The notes beneath the pieces are model-generated. The model was not told where the DNA came from. It saw only the letters and a list, made by a program, of their open reading frames with translations, and made no database searches. From Octopus sinensis (Eukaryota): a stretch of DNA of 64,000 bases. This document shows, piece after piece, positions 53,321 through 64,000 of the stretch. The position numbers and the translations under genes are program-made. The stretch is from assembly GCF_006345805.1 (NCBI RefSeq), contig NC_043016.1, positions 4,216,001 to 4,280,000 of the forward strand, written 5' to 3'. Position 1 is the first letter of the stretch. Every line of letters starts with the position of its first letter.

Positions 53321-55446
53321 TGGCAATCCCTCAAGGTCGAGGATGATGGTCTTTGCGCAAATTTACTGGTGAGTCCGTAGGTGACCGATAGGACCAATTC
53401 TTGCTTGAAAAGATCGGTCGCAATGCGGACATCTAGTGCCGGAAGAGAGAGTTGCACATAGTTGTTGTTGGGGCTCCTTCCGTCGTCGTCTTTTCTCCTC
53501 CAGCTTTGCAGACCTTTTCGACTCGAAAGTCGCCGTTCCCTCATGGATGGTGGTTTTCCAGAGTGGTCTGTTTTTTGCCGTTTCCTCCTAGTTAGTGAAG
53601 TCGATGTCACACTTTTTGAGGTTCGTTTTCAGGGTGTCCTTGTAGCGTTTCTTCTGGCCTCCTTTTGTACACTTGCCGTCTTTGAGTTGGGAGTAGAAGA
53701 TCTGTTTGGAAAGTCATTCATCAGTCATTCTAACCACGTGGCTGCTCCATCTTAGTTGGCCTTTGATGACATAGGCTTCGATGCTGGTCATTTTTGCTTC
53801 TTGTAGCACGTTGATGTTAGTTCTTCTGCCTTCCCAGCTAATGTTAAGGATCTTCCGAAGACAGCGTTGGTGAAATTTCTCAAGCGTTTTCAGGTGGTGA
53901 CTATATGGGGCCCAGGTTTCGGATGCTTAAAGGAGGGTTGGAATAATGACTGCCCTGTACACCATGAGTTTGGTTTCGGTTCGGATGTCCCGATCAGCAA
54001 AAACTCTTGTTCGAAGCTTGCCGAAAGCTGTTCCTGCACACTTCAGACGGTGTTGGATTTCATCGCTGAGGTCTACCTTTGCTGACAGATGGCTCCCAAG
54101 GTAGCAGAAATGGTTCACATTTTCCAGTGGAATTCCTTTGAGTTGAATCGATGGCGGGTTGTCAACACGGGCATTGGGAGGAGGTTGGTAGAGTAAGTGA
54201 GTCTTCTTGATGTTGATGCTCAGTCCAAGTTTAGTATATGCATGATGAAAAGCATTTAGGATCTGTTGGAGGTGATCCTCTCTGTAAGCTGCTACACTGT
54301 TGTCGTTGGCATATTGGAACTCTAGCAAGCTTCGCGCCATTGTCTTTGACGTACTTTTGAGGCGAGCAAGGTTGGAAAGCTTGCCGTCCATTCTGTACGA
54401 GATCTCGATGCCAGGTGGAAGGTCATCTCGTATGATGTACAACATCTCGTATGATGTAAAGAGAGTTGGCGCTATCATGCAGCCTTGCTTCACTCCGGAA
54501 GTGACTTTAAAGGGCTCAGAACTGCCTCCGTTGGTCTGGACTCTGGTGTGCATATTGTCGTGGAGGAGTTTGAGGATCCGGATGAACTTATCTGGGCATC
54601 CATACTGGGCGAGAATATCCCAGAGGAGTTCTCGCGAGACACGGTCAAAGGCTTTGGATAGGTCAATAAAGGCCAAATAGAGCAGTTGGTGTTGCTCACG
54701 ACATTTTTCTTGTAGATGTCGCAGCGTGAAGATCATGTCGGTTGTGCTTCGTGATGGCCTAAAGCCGGTCTGCGTCTTGGGAAGGATCCTCTCTGACAGC
54801 GTTTTGAGACGGTTGTTCAGGATGTGTGCAAGAATCTTCCCAGCAGTTGCTAATAAGGAAATACCCCGGTAATTTCCACACTCAGAACGATCGCCCTTTC
54901 GTTTGTAAATGGTAATGATGTTAGCATCCCTGAAGTTGATGGTACAACTTCATTTGTCCAGATTTTGACCAAGAGTTGGTGGAGCTGGTGTTGGACAAAA
55001 TCACCTCCCAGTTTGTAGATCTCAGCTGGGATTCCATCAGGACCCGTGGCTTTGTTGTTCTTCATTGCTGTGATAGCAATTTTGACCTCTTCGAGGGATG
55101 GAATTCGAGCGAGAGAGTAATCTTTGGCCTTTTTAGGAATCAAGTCAAGTATGCTTTTGTCGATGGTAGCCTTGTGATTGAGGAGGTCATCGAAGTGTTC
55201 TCTCCATCTGTCTCCTATTTCGGTGTTGCTTTTCAGGATGGTCGCTCCATCTTTACTCTTCAGAGGAGCCTGTCCATGTGTGGAAGGTCAGTATATTTCT
55301 TTCGTGGCTTTGAAGAAACCTCTGGTGTCGTTTACATCTGCTAGCTGCTGGATTTCACGAGATTTGTGTCTCCACCACTGGTTCTTCAGGGTGCAGGTTG
55401 TCCTTTGAACTGCAGCTTTGCAACACATCTTGCTGGTCTCGGGATC
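53321..55446 (-). mobile_element. Young 5'-truncated RTE (BovB-like) LINE
   Basis: Motifs GPDGIPAE, GFRPSRSTTDMIF, FIDLSKAFD, GVKQGC, QYAND and YLGS, with a C-terminal CPHC..HLRTH finger. 9-bp TSD tcacgatga at 53312-53320 and 55447-55455. Visibly more GC-rich than its flanks. Confidence 0.92.
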
Positions 55447-57336
55447 TCACGATGACATAGTCGATGAGATGCCATTTTTTAAATCTTGGATGCTACCATG
55501 AGACCTTATATCATATAAACATACACACACACACACACTTCAGAATTCAGTGATCCCATGTCGAGTTCCACTGTTATTATAAACAGGATGAGTAATATGG
55601 AGAGTCATTGTTTGAGAAGTCATTTCCTTAGAAAATGTAAACGGGCAATGCAAACATTCCTGGAGAATGTCAAAATGTAGAAGTTGCTCATTTTAGCCAA
55701 TGTCTTTGATCTTATAATATCAAGTGACTGTCACTGCCAAGATAATGTTGATAGGTTCTGAACTCAGTTCATAAATACGTCATAAAAAATGTTTTCAAGG
55801 GTTGTTGAATATATTATTGAATTTCGGAGGAACACTGCAATGTGAAGTAATCAAAATGCTGACAATGCTAGGATCTCAAGATGAAATAATCAGTATTTCA
55901 TGGGCAATACAGCTTCAGATTCAGTGTTTTAATTAATGTTTTTAATTGCTCCCTCTATTATGTTAAAAGCTTGTTTCCATTGACAGATCTTATCTTTCGA
56001 TATATGATTTAGAGTTTTATATTCTCAATTCTCTGTGTTTCATGTCTTTACAAAATCAAAGATAATTCACTGCCACTGTCAATAGACATGATAGTGATTT
56101 ATCCATTGTGAATTATCCATGCATTTGTATCCATTTATAATGCCCAAAAGGTATTGCCACTTGTTATTTGTTAGGATCAAGTTCATCATCATCATTGTGG
56201 TTGTTTAACGTCTGCCTTCCATACTGGTGTGGGTTGGTTGGCTTGACAAGAGCTGGCCAAGCAGGAACCAGCACCAGACTTCTGTCTACTTTGGCTTAGT
56301 TTTTACGGTTGGATGCCCTTCCTAATACCAACTACCCTGCAGAGTGAACTGAGTGCTTTTCATGTGGCACAAGCACTGGCAAGGTCTGCTTTGGCTTAGT
56401 TTTTACAACTGGATGCCCTTCCAAATGCCAACCACTGTGTGGACTAGAAATTGTAGCCAGGATTGAATTTGATTTTCCAACTGTAGTAGTGTGAGGATTA
56501 TGGTCCTTCTAGAGGTATTGCGTATAACACTAATAGTGGCACCTCCTACTTATAATGTAGAAATAGTATCTTGAGATGTAAAGCTTTGTTTCCATGTTTA
56601 TTCCTTGGCAAATATAAAAGAAAAATCTCTTCTGTGAATGACATGGGGCATTTTTTATAATGTATTCGAAGAGTCCTTCCATTTCCTTGCTTGTACAGAT
56701 CACTCTCTCATCCAGTTTCTTTCTCCTACTTCTTCTTTTCCCCATGTGCAAGCAGATGTGTTCTTGTGTTCCATGTCATTTGCAGCCAGTTGCTCAAACA
56801 CAAAGGATGCAAAACTTTACTGCCTTTCTTTTATTTCCCTCCTGAGGAAGGACTCTGTATAAAATATTTGATACTCTACTTCCAGTAGCAATTTCATAGT
56901 ATTCTTTATATCACATTGAGTGTGTGTGTGTGTTTGTGTGTTTGTTTATTTGTTAAGTGGGCTAAGTAATTGTGCTTCATTTTAAGATGATCAACACTGT
57001 AAAATTCACCTAATAAAAAGTCTGCTTCCTCTGAAATATTGAGTATTTTTTAAGGGTAAGCCTTGTTCCTATATGTCAGCTGTCTTAACCAGTCAATGCC
57101 ATTCTTGTTAGACATGATATTGTAATCATTTGGTTGTTATTATTGTTTATCATCATACTAATTTTGTTGATGTCATTTCTTTTGACACCAGTACCCGATT
57201 GTTATCAGCAGACTGAATTTTCAGCCTTCTCCTCACCTCAATGTCAATGTTCTTGCATAGATGAGTATCTCAGTCACTGTATAAACAATATTTTTAATTT
57301 GCCAGAGATTTCTCTGTTATGTGTGTGACTATTTCA

Positions 57337-57388
<52 letters not shown>

Positions 57389-58672
57389 TCTCCCCCATAT
57401 CAATTTGTCTGGCCAGTCCTTCAAATTTTGTCCTTTTTTTTTTATTTCCATGTCTTACATAATCACTGCCATGAGAATCTATTGTCGTTTTAGTCGTCTT
57501 TAACATTTTCGTCTTCAATATCTATATAATGGTAATTCTGTTTGCAGCGGCCCCTGCATTGTTGTTGTTAGAATTTTCTTTTGGAGTGCTCGTTCTTGTT
57601 GCAATGTATTCATACATTACTGAGTTCTGATGCCTTGCAAGCCCGTTCGATTAAAACCAGCAACATCTTCCAACTTACTTTGCTTGTTGCTGTTATTGAT
57701 AGATTGGTTTAACTTTGTTTTTATCTCCCTATAATTAGTAAAACAAAGCAATCGCATTGCAGTAGGTTCACTAATATAATCATGGTCCTTTCATTGCAAA
57801 ATTAACTTGGCACCATGTTTTAGTAATGTTAGAAATGGTGCAGTACTGAACCTTGTTCTGAGATGAAATTTCCCAAGATAAAATTCTCCAGATAGCTTCC
57901 TAAAGCCAAAATGTACTGCAATTTATTGCAGCTACTACTCTCTCTAATTTTGTGACCTTTGTTGTCGTTATTGTTGTTGTTGTTATAAATATTTTTATTT
58001 TTATTTTACTATTAATATTACTATTATTATTATCATTAATATTATTATTATATTGCTATTATTAATATTATTATTATCAATATTATTTTTATTATTTTAT
58101 CATTATTATTATTATTACTATTAGTAGTAGTAGTAGTATTCATTGTTTAACACCTGCTTTCCATGCTAGCATGGGTTGGACGATTTGACTGAGGCCTGGC
58201 AAACTAGATGGCTGCACCAGACTCCAGTCTGACCTGGTAGAGTTTCTACAGCTGGATGCCCTTCCTAATGCCAACCACTCTGAGAGTGTATTATTATTAT
58301 TGTAGTGTTGTATTAATATTATTATTATTATTACTATTATTATTATTATTATTATTAACGTATATTGAACAAAATAGTTTGCCACATTTTTTACCAGCTC
58401 TTTATGTTCTGAGTTCAAATTCCACTTTGGCTTTCATCCCTTTGGGGGTCAATAAAATGAGCCCCAGCTGATCGTTGGGATTGATGTAATCAAGTAACCC
58501 CATTCCCACCAAAATTTGAGGCCGTGTGCCTGTGCAAGAAAGAATTCTTCTTTTTATCATCGTCAACCTTGTGCCAACATTTGAAACCCTTATTATTATC
58601 ATTGTTATGGTTTTGAAATTTCCATGCTTTACTTTTTCATACATTTTACATTCCATTTTTCTTTTTTTGAAG

Positions 58673-58755
58673 AGCCTCGTTCTGGATTTAGAATCGCTTT
58701 CAATATGTTTGATGCTGATGGCAATCAAATTGTTGACAAAAGAGAATTTCTGGTT
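58673..58755 (+). CDS. MICU3: Internal exon (83 nt) of MICU3 encoding an EF-hand
   Basis: Polypyrimidine tract plus gaAG| acceptor and |GTaagt donor. Translates to (K)PRSGFRIAFNMFDADGNQIVDKREFLV, with a canonical EF-hand loop DADGNQIVDKRE. Matches recalled MICU3 KPHAGFRIAFNMFDTDGNEMVDKKEFLV. Confidence 0.93.
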
Positions 58756-59311
58756 GTAAGTAGACTTTTGACAATATTTGCATCCTTTTGCTCACTAGCT
58801 GCTACTTGTTTTTTCATCTCAATATATTTTTCTCTTAACACATAAAGACATAGAAACATAGTCACATGCACATACAGATATACATAAGGATTAAATCTAG
58901 GTGAGATCATTTATATTGTAAACTACACAAGAAACGACACCAAAGAAACTGACCCTGTTTCTCTGGCCATTTGAAAGCACACCATTTGAAATTCTATGCT
59001 AATAGTCAAATCTTTCAATCTTCCTGTTTCCTCTAATTTTATAACGAAGTATTTATGATTTGTTTGGTGTGACAAATGTTCAATGATTCCTTTAATAAAA
59101 GCCTTTTGTCATAATCTCGTACTAACTCACCCCTTCAAGGATTATGGCTTCTATTTCCTGCAGGAAAACATATCTTAGGTAAAATAGTTCTTGTAATCAC
59201 AGAGCAAATTTCTATTCTGTCTGTTGTATCAGTGTTTGTATATAGGTATGTATGATTTAAAGGAATATATACACATACATGTGTAGATCTGTCTATCTAT
59301 CCTCTATCTCT

Positions 59312-59362
<51 letters not shown>

Positions 59363-60384
59363 TACGTACATACATGTATACATACATATGTATGTATGTA
59401 CGTACATATGTATGTATGCATGTGTCTAGATAGACAGAAACAGACAGATTGTGTGTGTAATTGCTATACACACACACAATCTTTCTTTCACACACATGCA
59501 CATCTAACAAAGAATGAATGCACAAAGAAAAACTATTGTACTTTGCATTTCTCAAGTAAGACGAAGATACTTGATGCCCCATATCTGTAACCCAGCCATG
59601 CCCACTTTGTAAATAATAGTTAACTCTCCACAATCTCAAGACTGGAAGGTAAACCATTGTTAATGCCTTATCATCAAATAATGACAATGGTATTTACAGA
59701 AAATGAGACAAATAAAATCTCTGAAATATGTGTTCATTGCAAGTTTTAATAGATCATCTTCCAAAGTCTGGCTTTGTTCATTACAAAACTACATCAACAA
59801 TCATTTGCACTTTTTGACTTTGTTAATAACTCTGCAATTGCAAAATTATTTATGATTTATCAAACTTGAATGTTCAGCTTAGTTATATAAATCAGTTTAA
59901 TGAAGCAAATGATGATCATATGAAGGTGTATATAGGAATACACTTGTACATTGAAGACCATGGCAGTAAATGAATTAATTGTGATTTTTTTCAGACTAGA
60001 TTATTCTTCCCTAATGGCATTGTGGATATAGTATTGTACTATGGGCTTATCATAGATTATAACACTGGCCTCCTGCAACCAGTATTATTGTATGGCTTTC
60101 TGACACTCATTAGTAATTCCTATATGCTGTCAAAGGACTCGGATGCCTCTCAATTGATACAGCTAATGCTCAAATTCCACCTAGGTAGGCTTTGCCATTC
60201 ATCTTCCCAGGGTTGATACAACAAGTACCAGTTGAGTCCTGAGGTTGATGTAATCAACTTAGCCCCTAAGTTTGCTGTGACTAAATTTGGAACTAAAATC
60301 AGAAAGTAAATAAACACCAGCTTTCTGCTTCCATATTATTGACGGTTGAACAATTTTTATATCATTTTATGAGTGTATATGTGT

Positions 60385-60735
60385 GCATACATCTCTCTAT
60401 CTCATACATATATATGTGTATATATATATATGTATGTGTATATATGTATGTGTGTATATATGTATATATATATGAATGTATGTATGTGTGTATATATGTA
60501 TATATATATATATATATGAATGTATGTATGTGTATATATGTATGTATATATATATGTTGTATATATGTATATATATATATATGTTTGTTTATATATATAT
60601 ATATATATATATATGTTTGTTTATATATATATGTATATATAAATGTATGTGTGCATGTGTTTATATATATATATATATGTGTGTATGTATGTATGTATGT
60701 ATATATATATATATATGTATATGTGTGTGTGTGTA
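60385..60735. repeat. Long degenerate (TA)n/(TATG)n microsatellite
   Basis: Visible directly. It explains the spurious YI/CM-rich ORFs here. Confidence 0.95.
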
Positions 60736-61867
60736 TGAATAATAAGGTTATTAATGAGAGAAAATTATTATCATAATACAAACACTCTTACATAGGGCAT
60801 GTAAAATATTTAATTTCTTTCTTTACCTTAAAATAAATACAGAACTAATTTCATGTCCCTGAATTGACTGGTGAATCACTTATTTTCTTGCAGTATTATG
60901 TACATTCTCCATGTTATGGAGATGTTGCATTCCTGAAAATCTTGCCGTAACCCAGAATTCCAAAATGCAAAATGTTTTCTCCAGATAACTTCCATGCACT
61001 ATATAGAATTCCACATAAGTTCAAGATTTTCAAGAACACAATGTTTCCATAATACCAGGAGCAGAGTGGTGGCCTGTACTTCATTAAAACAAATCATTGA
61101 TTTGGGAATTATATTTTCAAAGATAGTATCGTATTCCTAATAAGTCCTTGTTCCTTTTAAATATAATTTGTCTTTGATTCTATTCTCTGTGGATTTTTTT
61201 CTTCTCTTTTTAAACAAAAGTCAAGTTCTCCTAATAAATTCTTATTTCTTTTTTATATCTGTCTTTCTTTAAAATAGTTTTTACCACACTACTACAGCAC
61301 TTACTGCATGCATTCATTCTTATTCCTTACCTTTGATAAGTCACTCATTTTCTCAGTTTCCTACCTTATCATTTCCCCATTCTATTCACAAAACTTGTAA
61401 CATGTTTTCTATTATTATTATTATTATTATAACTTTATTTTCATTTTGTTGTCATTTAATTTTTTTATTCAAAAGGAAATATAAAAATATAAAATCTCTT
61501 CTAAAAATGTTTTTTATCCTCGTACATCTTTATACACAAAAATTTTATACATACACAAATATACACAACTATATGCTTTATGAATAAACTTTTACCTGTA
61601 TAGTTCAGGCAGATTAGCAAAAAGTGTGAAACAACCTCATAATCCCTAGATTAATATCGGTAAATTTTCATGTAGCCCTTTGATACCCTATAGGTCTTTG
61701 GACAAAAGCATTGGTACTTTCTAAGTAGGTCCCATTTTGAATCCACTTCAATTCTAATTGCACATTCAGAAACATGACATCTATAATAACAATCGAAAAT
61801 CAAAACATGTCTAAACAAAGTGTACACAGAAATATTAAAACAACTTTTATCTCTAGCAATAATTGCA

Positions 61868-62700
61868 AAACTATAGCATCTTGAGAGATGAGGAATTATT
61901 TACATTTGATGGATATTTGTCCTCAAATCTAGGTTCTCATTCCTTAGGTACTTTTCAGATGTTATTGTTGTTGTTATTATTCAGGTTACTGCCTGGAATC
62001 GAACTCAGTACCTTGAGGTTAGTAGCCAGCTCTCTTAACCACTAAACCATATGGCAGTTATGGAGTGAGTTTTAGGGCTTATAAATCTAATATTTTCCTA
62101 CTGTTCCTTAATACCGGTTTTCCATATGCTACTCATATGTACACTCGGTCCGCTTAGGAGGTTGTTGTGTCCTAGCATATTTGCTACTGCTTCTTCTAGT
62201 TTTTGTATTTTCCAGTGGTGTTCTCTATCTATTATTTTAACTTCATCCCACAGGGGGATCATGTATGGAAAAGGAGAGACCACCTCCCCCTGTGGGATGA
62301 CGTTAAAATAATAGACAGAGAACGCCACAGGAAAATACGAAAACTAAAAGAAGCTGCACATATGCTAGGACACAACAACCTCCTAAGCAGACCAAGTGCA
62401 GATATGAGCAGCATATGGGAACCAGTATTAAGGAAAATAGTAGATTTATAAGCCCTAAAATTCACTCCATAATTGCCCATAGGCATTTGGCATAGTGGTT
62501 AAGAGTGCAGGCTACTAACCCGAAGATTCTGAGTTTGATTCCAGGCAGTGATCTGAATAATAATAATATTAGAAAAATACTTTAGGAATCGGAACCCAGG
62601 TTCAAAATTCCCCCAGGATACCTGATGAAGGCTGGAGAGTACATCAGTTGAAAAGTTGTGTTAACAACAAACAAGATGAGGACAAATATCCGTCAAATAT
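61868..62700. mobile_element. Penelope-like retroelement 3' ends in inverted arrangement (GIY-YIG C-terminus plus terminal repeat)
   Basis: Both strands encode PLWD.VKIIDRE.H.KI.KL.EA..MLG.NNLLS.PS..MSSIW, typical of the end of a Penelope GIY-YIG ORF. Inversion point near 62257. Both arms continue into a tRNA-like module, and the + arm ends in a hammerhead. Confidence 0.85.
62618..62661 (+). ncRNA. PLE-type hammerhead ribozyme (slightly decayed)
   Basis: AUAC-CUGAUGA-A-GGCUG..CAGUU-GAAAAGUU-GUGU. Confidence 0.55.
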
Positions 62701-63049
62701 TACTATTCAGTTAGTTGGGTGGTAATTAGGTATCTCTAGTGTAGTTCACATTGTTTCTTTCCTTTGTACCACATCTACAGTATAATAATCCACTACTTCT
62801 GTACTCTAGAAGTTTGTTCTTTCCCTCTCCCTGCTTACTAAATGACATGTGAAACATCCTAATCAATGCCCTTCATTCTCTAATTGTTAAAAGAACGGGT
62901 TTTGCCATCTGCACACTGTAAACAAGCAGTACCTATCCTTATCCTATTTCTCTGTGTTGCTTCCCATTTTTTTTTTCTTAAACATTTTCACATCATGTCT
63001 GTATATTCATTGAATAAAAGAAATCCAAACATATCTTAACAATCATTAA

Positions 63050-63282
63050 CCCTTTAGCATTTAAACCAGCCAAATGTGGTCAAAATATTCTACCTCTTTT
63101 TATGTTCAAACTGGCCTCTTTATGTTCAAACAGGTATGTGTGCTTCTCACACACACACCCTACAATGTCATTCTAGGAATACGCAGTTGAAATGTGTATG
63201 CTACAAGATGATGCAGGATTAATTCAAATTAATGTGAATAAATAAGCCTTGCATTTGACAGAATAATTTGAATGCTAAAGGG
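63050..63282. mobile_element. piggyBac-like MITE
   Basis: TTAA|CCCTTTAGCATT ... AATGCTAAAGGG|TTAA: 12-bp perfect TIR and TTAA TSD. Confidence 0.82.
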
Positions 63283-64000
63283 TTAAAATAAGAAAAAGTT
63301 AAACAACTTGTTACAGTGTTTATTAGTTATCCTCTTACTGCAGAACTTCAGACATTGGACATGAAGAAATCTGAAATATGGAAATATATGAGAGGTTAGT
63401 CATTCAAAAGAGTAGCAGCCCAATGATGCTGTGTAGAGCAATAGATTAAGAAAAGCAAGTGAAAACAGTACATAACAGGGACCATTTCTAGACTGGATGT
63501 TCATAGCAATGGTTCATTGTATTTTTGTCTTTACACCTCCCTGGCTGTGCTTCCAACTCTCTAACTTTATCAACAAATAAATCTCTGCATTGAAGGACAG
63601 TAACTTCTTTTTATAATGGTCAACTTTTAATTCTTCAATTTCCCAGGAGCCACATGCATTTTACTCCATATCTTAAGTTTAAGAATATTTCTTTGTATAC
63701 TGACTATCAGTAGCTAGCAAAGCTTAAACAAGAATTAACAAATTATGGGGGGAAAAAAAAAAAAGCAACGACAAAATTATCTTAAAACCAAAGAACTACT
63801 TGATGAAGCATAAGTGCAATAAATTTGAAATCTTTTTAGAAAAGATCTGAGACTCATGGAGAACATCTCACTGGTGCACTTGTGGGACTTCAGTCCTACT
63901 GTGGCAACCCCATGTTCTTCATTATCATTGAGTATAAAATAACTTCAAGTTCCTTTAAATCAAACTCAGATGTCTTAAGATGGTATCTGTGAGTCTTAGC

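Larger units (their letters stand above)
41167..58672 (+). other. MICU3: ~17.5-kb GT-AG intron of MICU3
   Basis: The flanking exons join as A|AG = Lys and give contiguous MICU3 protein sequence. Confidence 0.8.

Noticed and set aside
57480-57700. Minus-strand coding-like sequence
   Set aside because: All frames are closed by stops and there is no recognisable family.
59164-59178. Possible 15-nt exon after the EF-hand exon (cag|GAAAACATATCTTAG|gta)
   Set aside because: It gives an in-frame stop, has a weak donor and has no other support.
62483-62555. Functional tRNA gene
   Set aside because: There is no convincing acceptor stem or complete cloverleaf and it is embedded in a retroelement, so I treat it as a tRNA-derived module.
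63351-63393. Possible next MICU3 exon (TLDMKKSEIWKYMR)
   Set aside because: No similarity to the MICU3 sequence expected after EFLV.

Overview
AT-rich, microsatellite-dense animal genomic DNA. The repeat families (tRNA-derived SINEs, RTE LINEs with (GAT)n tails) look like those of an octopus or other coleoid cephalopod; this is inference from recall, not a database result. The only host coding sequence I can support is two small + strand exons (41119-41166 and 58673-58755). They splice in frame to GIISYTEYLFLLCVLTKPRSGFRIAFNMFDADGNQIVDKREFLV, the EF-hand region of a MICU2/MICU3-family mitochondrial calcium-uptake regulator, so most of the window is probably MICU3 intron. The rest is transposon-derived: RTE, CR1-like and possible REL LINE remnants, SINEs, a full-length decayed hAT (Buster/Charlie) element, piggyBac derivatives and MITEs, Helitrons with Pif1 helicase fragments, and several Penelope-like elements (PLEs). 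Two things stand out. First, one PLE family has a 3' repeat combining a tRNA-like Pol III A/B-box module with a minimal hammerhead ribozyme (HHR), and one copy has no ORF and looks SINE-like. Second, the window has further HHR-bearing repeats and many near-perfect fold-back duplications, including a ~468-bp palindrome with a 1-nt loop. Most ORFs in the supplied track are spurious. All coordinates were counted by hand, and repeat boundaries are approximate.
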